Positions 12,083 to 24,800 of a stretch of DNA of 64,000 nucleotides are shown here, piece by piece (the first letter of the stretch is position 1; the number at the start of each line of letters is the position of its first letter). A model generated the notes under the pieces. The model had not been told where the DNA came from. It worked only from the letters and a program-made list of their open reading frames with translations, and made no database searches. The DNA comes from Oikopleura dioica (taxonomy: Eukaryota > Animalia > Chordata), in NCBI GenBank assembly GCA_907165135.1, contig OU015568.1:1984001-2048000 (forward strand), read 5' to 3'. A program made the position numbers and the translations under genes.

Positions 12083-13226
12083 ACACTGAATTCGTTACGG
12101 AAAAAGTAATTATTTTACATGAAATAACCTGTATTTTTTCTCTGTCGCTCATTTTCTGAGATAGAAAAAAGTCAAATGAGAAAAATGAGAGAACAAAAGT
12201 ATGAATTTTCGCTCAGAAAGGTCAAAAAGAACGACTACGAAGGGCATAATCCGAGTCCTGACGAGTTTGAACTTTCATCTTCGTGCAGTCACTGGAGTGT
12301 ACTTTACGTCGTAGTCCTCAAAGCACTCTTCCTTGATCTCATTTACAAATTAAGGTTGTGAGCTTTACTTTTATAAATTTTCCAATTTTATCATTTTCAA
12401 ACAAACCCAAACAACGATAAAAATTAATCACGAGCCTGGTGCACCATCCATCACAATTACGCACTTAGTGGGATGAAAACGCGCCGCCACCGATTCACGG
12501 GCTCTGCTTCTCGCTGACATGCGCCTATTTGTCCAAATCGGTGCTTTTCTGACGGTCATTTTTTAACTCAATTGCTTTCTCATTAATCAATGATTGGGAT
12601 GATACCATCATTCTTGACAATAATTAGTTGTTCAAAAAGAATTTCATTTTATTTTCAGCGGTTTTTCTTTTCATTTTTTGTTCGAAAATTTATCAGTATT
12701 ATTGGCAAAGGAAAGACAAGAAGAATGATATTCACACATTTTGTCTGAAAATAGCTGGATTAAAATTTCACGGTCAATGAAAATCGAGATGATTGGGATT
12801 TCCGGGCGATCGCACCTCGCTCCAAAAATAAATCGAATTCTACCGTTAGTTTTCTTTTCTTTGGCTAAGCGTTTTACAATAAAACGGCGATATCGATTCG
12901 TGCTCCGTCCGAGTGGGAAAGAATTCGTCCCTGTCAACATCCGACAAAGACACTTTTTATGTGCTCACTTGGCTGAATTATTAATCGCAGTTTGTCGATT
13001 ACCGTGTGATTTGGACAGAATCGAGGACACGGAGGAATTGACTCGATGGTCATTTATTCATTATTGTTAGCACTGAGCAGCATGAATATCATTTTAAGGG
13101 GTTACTCCCTTAATTTGTCGTATAATCGAATCTGATCTCGGTATCCTGTGTGGAAAATCTGACTCAGGGTTCTCAAAAAACCAGGGTCTCTCAATCCAGA
13201 AAGCTAAATTTTAGTGAGAATATTAA

Positions 13227-13594
13227 GGCTAGGGTGGTCGATTTGGCCAAAGCAGAGCTCATAAACTCTGGACTTATGAATGAATACCCAGTTATAGGTT
13301 TTAAATATAGAACTGTCCTAGATCTTCTGAATTACAGAAGGTTTTTTTGTTCTGCCAAGATTTCTGCGAAATTTCGGAGTTTTGAGCCTTGAATATTGGC
13401 TATTTTCGCGATTTTGGCCGAGATGCCAACTTTGAAGCCTCCGGAAGTGATTTTTTTCTTGGTAGAACAAAAAAACCTTCTGTTATTCTGAAGATCTAGG
13501 ATAGATCTTTATTTTTAGCCATTACTGGGTATTCTAGCATTCATAAGTCCAGAGTTTATGAGCTCTGCTTTGGGCCAAATCGACCACCCTAGCC
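13227..13594. mobile_element. 368-bp TTAA MITE (Kolobok-like) with long TIRs
   Basis: TTAA|GGCTAGGGTGGTCGATTTGG ... CCAAATCGACCACCCTAGCC|TTAA. The arms match for over 100 bp. Confidence 0.88.
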
Positions 13595-14138
13595 TTAAAT
13601 TATTATTCCAAGTTTTCTCCGATCAAGGTCTAAAAAATCCTCGATCTCCAAAAAATTTATTTCCCTTGGCCAGATAATCTCCCCTGCGACTTCCAGCTGC
13701 GGCCCCGAAAAGGCGCTTTCCGACTTCGCTTCAGCGGGAGGCCGCGGAAAAAAATTCGCGCGCGAAAGGGAGGGCGCCGAGGAGCTAAAATGCGCATTCG
13801 CGTCGCGCGCGCCACGGCTCCTCCCAAATGCGAAATTATTTTTTGAATCAAAAAATCCTTACGCGAATATTTTGATTAAATTCGCCCCGTTTTTTTTTCA
13901 AAGGGGATTTGATTTTTCGAAGAAAGAGACCGTTTTGAAGACAAGAAAGAGATCTGATAAGAAAACTTCCTGAAGAAAATATATTGAGGTAAAATTATAA
14001 TTTATTTTATTAGATTTTAATCAAATCGCAATTTCTAAGCCAAAAATGATCCCTAAATTTTTCAGTCTTTTATTTTCGGAACTCAAGAATCATCCCTTTT
14101 ATTTTCTTCGATATTTACTCAAGCCCTTGTTTTGTCTA

Positions 14139-14457
14139 CTGTGGCATCCGCTACTAGTTGGCAGTCAAAAGCGCCCCTCCTGCCAACTAGTAGCAGTGAG
14201 CGCGCGCCGCCGGGGTCCGGGACCGTTTTCCTTTCCCAGCAGGAAATCATGCAAATATCTCGGACTTTTTTGGTTGGTTCGAGACCCAAAAACCATTCCG
14301 GAAATGGTTCTTTTTGTAAAACTTCGAATTTGAACGGTTTGATTAGCGCAAATTCTATTTCCAGCCCCAAATTAGGCTGGCTTATCAGGCCGAAAAGCGC
14401 GCGGGGTGCCAACTAGTAGCGGAATTTCGCACTGCCAACCAGTAGCGGACGCCATAG
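14139..14457. mobile_element. 319-bp TA-flanked MITE (Tc1/mariner-like target)
   Basis: TA|CTGTGGCATCCGCTACTAGTTGGCAGT ... ACTGCCAACCAGTAGCGGACGCCATAG|TA. Internal repeats of the CTACTAGTTGGCA motif. Confidence 0.75.
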
Positions 14458-14815
14458 TATTTTTTCAAAATCCCTTCCACTTTATCATTCTCCGCCCCAA
14501 GTTCTGCTAAATCATGAATCAAGTCGCTTGAAGTGAATTCAGAAGAGCATTTGTTTCAATAAGTGATCTAACTTTTAATAAGAAATAAGCTCGATATGCA
14601 TATCTGCATTTTTTGCTTTGGGCGAATCGATCAAACTAAAATCTGACAGATCGTCGCCACATGACACGCTCATCCATCTCACTTGCAGCACATTCCAGAC
14701 TTACAATAAATGCCATCCCTCTTCTCAGAGTCGTTTAAGGGGGTCAACATCGGTTTCAGACATTTTTTCAAACTGAAAAAAAATTTCAAAAAGCCACTAT
14801 AAATATTAAAAATAT

Positions 14816-14874
14816 AAAAAGCCGCGCTTAGTACGGCTAAACTTAATATGGTCAAAGCCGCAAGCGGCTTCTCG
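14816..14874. repeat. Twin-hairpin AAGCCGC..GCGGCTT repeat
   Basis: AAAAAGCCGCGCTTAGTACGGCT followed by AAAGCCGCAAGCGGCTTCTCG. The same module occurs at 15848-15901 and 17503-17558. Confidence 0.7.
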
Positions 14875-15847
14875 ACGTATTTTATATCAAAAATAATACC
14901 GGTATTCTCCAGTAATATTCACTGAAAGAGGCATTTACTGGTATAAGTAATCAGATTTGGGCTCTCCGTTGACCGGTTAATCGGGTTGCTCGGGACAGCC
15001 GAAACCTTCCTCACCTGCAAGGCCTTTTTTCGTGGCACAAGCCGATAAGAAATTTCCTTACCTCTATCGCTAGCCAACACTCTTACTGCGGGCACTAGAC
15101 TCTAGCCTGATAAAGGTCGGTGCGAAGGACTGAAGTTTATTTTAGTTAAATCAATGCTAAATTGAGACGAATTTTCTTACAAAATCAAGAAAAACGGTAT
15201 TGATAATTTTGGAAAGCGCAAAACGGCTTGGCTTTAATTTTGCGAAAATCCATCACAATCGCTCGGATCCGCGGAGGAAGATCCATCAAGTCCCTTCCGA
15301 CCGCGGTTACTCGAAAATTGGCCCTTTGAAGCACTTTCAGAGCGGAAATGACCGGTAGCGCAAACTTTTTTTAAATCACTGGAATTTCCAACTTCTTGAA
15401 AACTTTTCGATTTTTCAAGTTTTTCGATTATTTGCCCGAGAAAATCACGATCTTTCTTTTGGCTGAAATTTACACTTGATTCGTACGGCTCGGGAAATAT
15501 TTGTTCCGCCCAAGATCGGCATTTTCCGATGACCGGCCCGGTCATTTGTATATTTCCAATAAAATAATCATCGCCTGGCTCGTCGATTCGGGATCAATCT
15601 TTTTTCTTGTTTTGCTCGTTGCTATTTATAGCGCTGGGAAATTCGCATCGTTCCTGTTTGAGCAAAAGCGCTTATCGCGTCGCTGAAATTTGCATTGGGA
15701 TCAATCACTGCTAAATATAGACGGGGCGAAAAGCTGGAAAATCTGGGGCAATAAAAGAGCCGCTAATCCGCGAAATATTTTTCCGATCGAGAAATGAGCA
15801 TCTTCAGCAGATTCTCGAATCAAAAAGGGCTTGGAAAAAAAGAACGT

Positions 15848-15901
15848 TAGCCGCGCTTTGTGCGGCTTTTTCTTTAGCTCGAAGCCGCAAGCGGCTTCTC
15901 G
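15848..15901. repeat. Twin-hairpin AAGCCGC..GCGGCTT repeat
   Basis: TAGCCGCGCTTTGTGCGGCTTTT ... GAAGCCGCAAGCGGCTTCTCG. Confidence 0.7.
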
Positions 15902-16329
15902 GAAAAGTTCAATGTCTTGAATAAAGTTTTAATCCTCCTTCATTTTGATTGAAAGCTGAATAAAAAATGAAGTTCCGTTCTATCAAAAGAGGCCTTGTAA
16001 ATCGTCGAATTCAAAAGCAAAAGAACTGACAAATAAAGAAATCTTCAAAAAAGCTGGAGCTTCCCACGTCGCCCGGCGGAGCGCCAAATTTCTCATTTTG
16101 AGGAATATTTTGAACATTGGGCGAAACCTTTTCAAGCCGGTGTAATATCAAACAACGCACCTTTATTCAAAATCATCTCAAAACAAATTCGACGAGTACT
16201 AGTTCTATTTGTAGATTAAGCTTTTTTCTATTGTCAAAATACGTTCAATTTATTTTCAATAAAAAATAAGGTCAATAAGAGCAAATCTATAGTGTTGCTA
16301 GAAAATTGCATTTATGTTTGGCTTAGAAA

Positions 16330-16475
16330 CCTGTGTAAAAACCTGAGTCAGGGTCTTATCATGAAAAGCCGCATAGCGGCTTTTTTCAAAACAAAGCCGC
16401 AGAGCGGCTTCGGCCAAAAAACAAGTTCAACAAATTAGAACAGCTTGACAAACCTGACTCAGGTTTTCACACAGG
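16330..16475. repeat. 146-bp inverted-repeat element enclosing two AAGCCGC hairpins
   Basis: CCTGTGTAAAAACCTGAGTCAGG ... CCTGACTCAGGTTTTCACACAGG. No TSD recognised. Confidence 0.6.
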
Positions 16476-17468
16476 ATTCCTGGCATTTATATTAATCACT
16501 CTCTTATGATGAAATTTTGTGATTTGGAAATTCTTCTGATTCGAATCTGATCCGCTATCCGCTCATAAAGCAATTAACCCGGTTATGCTTCGGGTTTTTT
16601 TTTGTATTTCTCGCGTGAGAAAACTTATGGTTCGAGCATATGCTCCGCCCTGAGCCTGTCAAGAACTATTTGACAAATTAGAATCAATAACGACCGTGCT
16701 CACTCAGCAAAGAGCAAATCCAAAACGTACAGTTAGGTTTTGAGCAGATGGCACGTAAAGGGTTTCTCGGTAATTGGGGAGAGAGGAGGCTAGTCAAGTG
16801 TACAAATTACTTAGCCAGGGTTCATGGGCCAGAGGGCCGAAAAGGGGATTGATTTCGCGAAGGTAAATGGCAGATGGTTTATGTGGACAGTTTGAGTTTA
16901 CTGGACTTGATGATAATTTAATTAGAAACTACTAACGCTAATTGATTAATCTCTTTCCTTTGAAGTTTTTCGGAAGAAATATAACAAAGTGACGCCCTTA
17001 TTTTTATACTTATTTCAAATAAGTTATTTGGCTATATTTGGCGAGCTTGAGCCTTAAAATTTTGACTTTCGATCATTTCCTTTCCAATTTTTTCCGGGGC
17101 CAAGGTGTGAGGATCCTATTTTCGTAAGTTTCCCCCATTTCCTGCGCTCATAAAAACGCGCTCGAGCCCGTGATGGATCAGTTCCCACAGGGTGCGATTT
17201 GCAAACACACTGCCCCTAGTATTTAGTCGAGTCGGTGAATCCTACATGCGCGTTTTGAATCAGCTCCTTAAATATAATTTCGTATAAATATAAAATGAAT
17301 CAATTGACATTTGGGCGACAGGGCGTTTTTATTCTTGCCCTGGCGGAGCTCCATGGACTTGTCGATAATCTGGTAACATTTGTGGAGACTTTTGAGTGCC
17401 AAGTGCTCTTTGGACAATTGAGGGTTCATAAAAAGAAATGACTCTCTTCTATACATATTTTTTGAAAT

Positions 17469-17558
17469 CGAGAAGCCGCTTGCGACTTCGAGAAGATTTG
17501 TGAAAGCCGCGCTTTGCGCGGCTTCATTACTTGGCTCGAAGCCGCAAGCGGCTTCTCG
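17469..17558. repeat. 90-bp triple-hairpin element with 24-bp inverted ends
   Basis: CGAGAAGCCGCTTGCGACTTCGAG ... CTCGAAGCCGCAAGCGGCTTCTCG (1 mismatch), with a central AAGCCGCGCTTTGCGCGGCTT. Confidence 0.7.
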
Positions 17559-17958
17559 ACTGCTTTTGATTTTAAAAAATATTTGGAAGGGTAGTCTTAT
17601 AATTTGACTTTTCTGTAGGGATGATGAAAATACAAGAAAAAACATTCCAGGGCGTGTATTCGTTGACGATGTTCCACTTAGTCGCGCCTGAATTCAGCTG
17701 CATTCGGCGATTTTGGACGCTAAGTCGCCGGATCATCTGGCAAGCGTGTCCCCTTATTTTTCTTATCTCGACTCATTTTGGATTTTTATTTATTATCATT
17801 TTTCTTCCCCGGTTTTGCGGTTTCGAATCATATTTTGATTCTTGGCCGCAGCTTGAGCTGGCAAGAGCTTGTGGATGTTGCTGCTCCTGCTCCTGCAACA
17901 TGTATTAGATAAGCAAATGACACGGAAGCGTTTTTGGGCGAAGATAAGAGCGCCCGGC

Positions 17959-17976
17959 ACCGCCATCTAGTGGTCA
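17959..17976 (-). promoter_or_regulatory. CTCF-like motif
   Basis: The minus strand reads TGACCACTAGATGGCGGT, close to the CTCF core consensus CCAC(C/T)AG(A/G)(G/T)GGC(A/G). Motif match only. Confidence 0.35.
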
Positions 17977-18888
17977 ATCTTCCGGAGTTGAATTGGGCTA
18001 TCGAAAGATATTAAAATGATAGGACAATGGAAATTTGTTTTACAGTAATTTCCCCCTCCAGATTTGGATTGCACAAAAAAGACCACGATGCGCGAATGGG
18101 TTAGATTTCTTTATTGACCCAACTCGCAGCGGATCATCCCCTCTTGCCAAATAACAACAACAAAACTCTCCTCGTAACACTATTTGCCCATCAGTTGCTT
18201 GTTTGCAAAATCATCGTCGTCAAATATTTGCTCTTCAGCTCATCCCCATTTTCCGCGATTCCGCGATTTTTCTTCCCAGTCGCTTCTTGCTGGGAGAAAA
18301 TGCAGATGACTAGTGGATCGAGTGTTTCTTTTGTTAGGGGGGAGAAAATGGCTGAACCAACATTCGGAGAATCAAATAGATTAGCTAGGGAGGTGTATGG
18401 ATGATTCTTGTTTTTCCAGTTGACATTACGTCGAGGCTTTATTCAAGAATTTTTGTACAAGAGAATGGCAATGAACAAGTTTTTTAGGGGGCTGACAATT
18501 TAACCAGCGCCACAAAAATGTCCATTATGCGCGTTTGAGTTAACTCTAAAAAAGCGTAGAATTTTAATTAGTCTACTGAATATTTCTCAAATACGGTCCC
18601 TTCAAAAGAGCAAAATTCCCCCCTCTTCTGCCAAAAACTTTTCAAGAACATAAATTCCTTACTTCAAAGGGTCCTTTTGTTATTTTCCGCTGACGTTTTG
18701 CTTTTGCGCGAGTGACAAGTTGAGCACTTGGCAGATTTGAAATTCACTTTTGACGATTATTATTTTAGACTTGCGGAGAAGAAAGCGATCATCTGACAGG
18801 GGGCGGAAATTCGCTGAAATTTGGAAAAGAAACAACAGCAGAAAAAACAAAAAGGGCGTCGTTTTGAAGCTGCTCTGAAAGAAAAATA

Positions 18889-21800
18889 ATGGAAGTGGAT
18901 GAGACAAACTCGAAACCGGATGATCAAACGAACCTTATTCCAACAAATAACGGTAAGAGAATGGAAGCGATTTTTAAGGATCTACCCTTTGATAATCAAA
19001 ATTCTTCAAAAAAGCTTTTAGATTCTTTAAAAATCCCTAAACTCCCTTCAAACTGATAAGAAATCCCCTTAGCGGGGCGTCACCCTATCGTCTGAGAAAA
19101 TCTCTGTTTACCACTTTGCCCCCTCCCTTAGACCAAAATCACCGAGCGCGCGGAAAAATACCAATTGGTGATCTTATAAAACAAACAGACCGGTTATCTG
19201 ACCGCAATACCATGCCGCGGTCCCTTTTTGTGTCCGAGTGTGATAAGCCCAGAAAGGTCAACTGCGGCTGATCCCAAGTCGGACGCGCGTTTATCCGCGG
19301 CGATTAGCCCCGATGACCGGTAGCTTCTATTTCCAAGCGGGCGAAAATTTGAAGCTAAATGTCAGGCTTATTTGTAACCCAGGGATTTATTTACAAGAAT
19401 TAAGGGCGTCAACGCTCAGCTTAGAAATCTCATTCATTTCAAATCATTTTTGAATGACTACCTCTTTTACAGTAGGGAAACCCTTTCGAAATTTCTGGCC
19501 CTGGTTCAGATTTTTGCTAACCTGATCAGTGATCAATATCCCCTTTGCTCTTACCCGCTTAATTCAGCAGATCGAACTTGCTCTCGCTGTTTTATGCACT
19601 GAAATCGTTTTCAAAATTCGCGGCATCCCCTTTCTTCTCCCGTCTTCTCCCGCTCCCCAAAAGGCCAATCCGGCTTACCCCCTGTTTTGATAAAGAAAAT
19701 TTAGCGCAGCCTTCTTGGCTCTTTCCAATGGTGCAAAGGTGCAGCCACGGGCCAATCTGGCGCCGGAGAAAATAAAGAATTATCGCTATAAAATAAACAC
19801 TCTTCTAATTACCGTAAATTATAAAATTCAAAATGCCAAAATTCAATTATTTCTATTTTAGAACCAGTTGATGAAAAAACATTCGACGAGTCATCTTCTT
19901 CGGAGACTTCTCAGCCTCATTCTTCGGGATACAACTCGCATGGAGATGCATCAGAAGAGCCGATTCCTCCAGGAGTAATTGATAACTTCGTGGATCATCG
20001 AACTATACAGGTAAATTAAGGGTGTACCTGCCCTTAGTCAAATGAATGGATTTCTTAAAATATAATTTATCTTTTGATTTTTCTTTTTTGAAAAAGCCGC
20101 AAGCGGCTTTTTATTTATAGTTTCTTCTCTAGAACCCGTCAAACAACGAGTTTTGTATCCAGATGTGCGTTTCCTTAATTCTATTTCCCCCTTCTTTCTT
20201 CCCAAAACCGCCGGATGTTTTGAGCTCCCTGCGACTTACCGACAAATTTTCTTTTTGTATTTCAATCCGGTGATCCGGAAATTTTCCCCTGTCCAGCCGC
20301 GAACGACGATCATAACAAAATCGCTTTGTTTAGCCGACAGATTATCCAGCGTTGAACTTGGAGCGGGACAACTACTGGCGCAACTCGCAAAACTCATTCT
20401 CGCACTTTATTCCCGCGAGCAGGATCAGCAACAGGCCGAGTCCAGGTGAGCGGAAATTGGGAATGGGGAGATAATATTTCCCACAGGATGAATACAGCGC
20501 GATCCGGAGGTGATTTCTAGCGTTTTTAGAAAGCAGGATTAGAGTACTAAAGGGAACATGACTAGCAGAACAAAATGACTACTGATTGAAACAATTTTTG
20601 TTAAGAAAATATTTTTCTAGAGCTCCAAAATTGTCAAATTCTTTCAGAATACAGGGGTTAAAATTTGTCATTTCTGGTGCTGAAATTCTATTTCCACTTT
20701 CCTTCTTCCACTTTCGGGAACTTCTTTGAAGCTCAAAGAACAAGTTGAAATTTTGAATCGCCAATCGGTTTCTCATAGAAAAGAGGGCAGGCACTTGAAA
20801 GGATGAAGGATGGAGCACCCGATCTGCACTTGGACGGGGCTCAAGAATTTGTGCACTTTCTGTCACGTGACAAAGTGCGATTGGCCTTTCCCACAATTGT
20901 AAAATTTCTTAATTTCGAATTCAAATTTTCGATCCATCAAACAATCTAACAAAGCATAATCTGTAACCTAAACATCCAAACATCGCAAAATCCGAATAGT
21001 CGGAAACCAAGGTTGGCCGCCATCCAACGTAAAGTAATAATAACAAGCAAAAGAGGCTAAAACTAGATAAGCTAGACAATCCAACACGCGTTAGTCGACA
21101 AAAAGCTTCCGTTTGGGTAATTTTTGGCAGCTGACATGAACAGAATTTGTTCGGAAGGACGATTTGTCTAGTTCTTTTTACAAATGGGCTTACGTAAACT
21201 TCAAATTTGCGCCTGTAGAATCGAAATTAAGGGCTTCCCTTTTATAAATTTAAAAGACAAAAACGATGATCCATCATCTTCACAAGTGAAAGTTCCTGAA
21301 TTGAAAGTGTTTGAGCTGAAGAGCCGCTTTATGGCGCTAGAGGAGCTTTCTGAATGGTACTTTAGACACGCACTTGAAGCGATTTCAAGTGAACTTTGAT
21401 TCTGTAACGAGCCAAAAAACCGCTTTCTTCTTGATTCCCTAATACTATATTTTATATTTTCAATATCGAAATGATCAATAAGCAGATAAACGTCTCCCGA
21501 GACGCGTTGCGAGACAGTAATTAAGAACGATTCAACCTTTTAGAAAAAATAGAAAAGGAGATATAAGTGTAATGAGAAATGAAGATTTTAATATTTGATG
21601 GGTTCTATCACTGGACGGTGGCCAGCGCCCTGTCGGCCATCGCTGAATTCGTCTCCATCGGCCTGTCGCGTTTGATAGTTTTCATGTTGAGTGATATTAC
21701 ACTGTATATATGCATGTACAGACAGTTTTCTTATACAATGAATTCGAAAAGAGCCCATCGAGGATACAGTTGAAATATTGGCAGTGCCTTTTTCAAAAAA

Positions 21801-24800
21801 TAAAGCTGAAAAAGGGTTGAAAAAATCAAGCCAACTTCAATTGCATGTAATTATATTCGGTCTAGCCCCATTTTTCGCCGGTCTGAGCTGCCTCTCGGAA
21901 GTGAACACTTGACAGGGAGTGTCTTGAAAATGAAGTTTCGGAATTCTTTTACCAGATTATGCAAAAACGCGTGCATCACCTCCTTTCTATTTGGAATTCT
22001 AGAGGCCGCCTCGATTGGTGCCTTTTTGTCGCTTTGGATTATCGCCAATTTACCAGTAGTATTTCCATTTTCAGTATTTTTGGAGGACGAAATATACAAA
22101 GGGCGATTTCCGTGGCTTTTTTGGCAATTAAAGGATTCAGAACGGCGTTTTTTGATCATTCCATTTTCGCCGACTGAAGACCAAAGAGTCTCGATCCATC
22201 AAATTTCGCTGTTTGTCCAATTTTAAGGTGCTTAGGCTTCAATTTTCAGTAATTTGGCGCCTTACACCGGCTCGGTCGAACATTAAATTATTTTGACAAG
22301 TTTAAAACTTTGCGGCAGCGCAAAACTTTTTGTTTATGCACCTCGCGAAATCATATCGAAATCATTTGATAAGCAATTTTCTGTATGAAAAATTATTAGA
22401 TACGCGAATATATCATCTTGATTAGCCGAATTTAATAAACTACCGTTGACCTTCTCCATATGCCCTTTCTTCATTTCTATAACCTGGCAGGTGTGTGCCT
22501 AGATCGCTCATTTTCCATATGCCAGAATATAAAATAAATATATACCAAGAGTCACGTGATTTTGTCAGGTTCAATCCATCACGCTTATTACCAAGCAAAT
22601 CAATATTTTACTTCAAGTTTTAGACGGAAATGCTTTGATCCGGGCATCCGTAATCGCAGATTTTGCTACTGATATCGAATTTAATGAGCACTTACCTTCA
22701 TATCTCAAGAAAACAGAAGAATTTCAAAAATCAAGAAGAAAAAATCGACAAATTAACCACTAAATTGGCCCAAAACTCAAGTATCTTTGGATAAATTTGC
22801 ACATGAATAATTTCCAATTAAGGGAGGAGCCTCAAGTACACCACATTAAATAATTGACTCCGGTTTTTTTTCTAGCGGTTTTTTTCTTGGCGCCCCTCCA
22901 GCCGAGCAAACTGTATTTTGTCCTCAATTAAAACTTAGGCGGGATGATGCGCTTTTTTAATTTTCTGGAAAATTTGGGCTGAAAATTAACGCTTGACACC
23001 TTGATCCGCTTTTTGCGAGAAAAAGCACTTGGCGAACACAGCTTTGACGGATCCAATTTTGACACGCGCAGAGTTTTTTTCTTGGAGGAAAAAAGCGCAT
23101 TATTGAATTAGATAAACAGATGTTTGGAGAAACGGAGGAAAAAATTAGGGCTAATGGAATTTAAAATTTCTTTCAGCTTTTATTTTCGAATTGAAGCTTT
23201 GAAAGTTCCTTTCGGAGAAATCTAACCGTCTGCGGTTTGTCCGCGATGCTCAAAATTGTGTCCTAATCCGCTGAACGGGACTAGACGACACTATGTAAAA
23301 TCAAGGAACCGCTCAGCAGGTGCGCCTCCGAGAAAAAATCCCGAGAGATATCGACATTCCGGCCCAATTACCAACAATTTTCGCTCGCTTATTCAATGTA
23401 CAGTAGGGTGCAATCAAATAAGAGGCAAAAAGGAAGCACTGATTAGCTAAGAAAAACATGCGTGGAAAACCCCTTCATTACGAATTGAGCTGCAAAAGTG
23501 AGAAAGAGTGACACCGCTTGGCACCGTTTGAGCTCTTTTTCTGGCACATTCACTGACAATTAGCCTGATTAAAATTGATCACCAGTGACAGAGCCACATA
23601 CAGTTCGCTCATATCACCATCACCCGCGGGTTATACACACGACTCGGGAGGCGATACAGTCTTTGAAGAACGAATATCGAATGGATGGATTAGCTCCGCT
23701 GAGATTTCAAAACTCTGAAGCATCACGCTGTGTTCATCCTTTGTGGCAGTTTTCTGCCGTGTTTTGAATTTATAAATTTAAATTGAACTGGGAAAATAGA
23801 ATCATAAACGAAATCTCATTTCATTTTTAGCTGTGGCGAGACATAATCAGCAGAATCAGATGTACTACGACTCGATTCCACCAGAAGCAAGAGGTGAGTT
23901 TAGCTTGTATGAGTAGAAATTAAAATATTTTGAATTTAAACAGTTTAAAATAATAGTATTTTAAGTAAAATATAACTTGATAATTATCAAATCATTGTAA
24001 AAGTCAAGGGGTGCAATACTCCAATATTCGCTGTACCTAATTTTTAATTTTCGAATTTGGCTTTCATAAAAAAAGTTTTTTGATAAAAGTCAAAACCATT
24101 TTATGGTTTCTTAAATTTCAATTTTCAGATCATTCCCGCGAGCAAATGACCTGCCAGTCGATCCAGTCGCTCAACGGAAACAATCGCCAACAACACATGT
24201 GGACCGCCAGATCTGGGTAAGCTTTATTTTCCTCCTCCTCCGGGTCATCGAAAACACATGTTAGATAAGAAAAAATTCCTTCGCCCCCTAAATAAAAAAT
24301 AAGTTTTTCCGTCGCGCATTTTCTCCAGATTAACTGACGATAAGGTCAGTCGCTACTCAGCGCGGCGTGAAATTTCCAAAATGCCAACTCGCCAATTGTA
24401 TTGGGTTTTGAAAGAGATGGGATGATTCAATGCCAACACGGCGGAGATCGGCCAAGTACCCAAAATAACCACTAAGCGCAGCTGATTCACTAAGACGCAT
24501 GAAGTTGGACAAAGTGGGATTGGAAGAATTAAGACATTAGAGTTGTTAATGGCTCTGCAGCTGCGTGATTCATACGCTGATTTCTAAACTTACCTTTTAG
24601 TGCGAGTTACATTCCGTCACACTACGCCCAGCCGAATCATCTGTCCGCATCTGCCGGCTACTCCTACACTCCAAATCACGTCCGGGTCTCATCAAACTTG
24701 ACCGATGTCAAGTCACAGAAGAAACCGGACAAGTCGGATAAATGTTTCAAATGGCGCGGTCTCATTGCGATTCTCTCCGCCGCCTGCATAATTTTACTCC

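Noticed and set aside
13650-13830. GC-rich hairpin-prone patch, and a similar one at about 1255-1385
   Set aside because: Probably TE fragments, but no TIR pair, TSD or RNA family could be supported.
20579-23767. Short ORFs in teneurin introns (e.g. 21851-22226)
   Set aside because: No recognisable motifs and no consistent exon chain. A nested gene cannot be excluded without RNA data.
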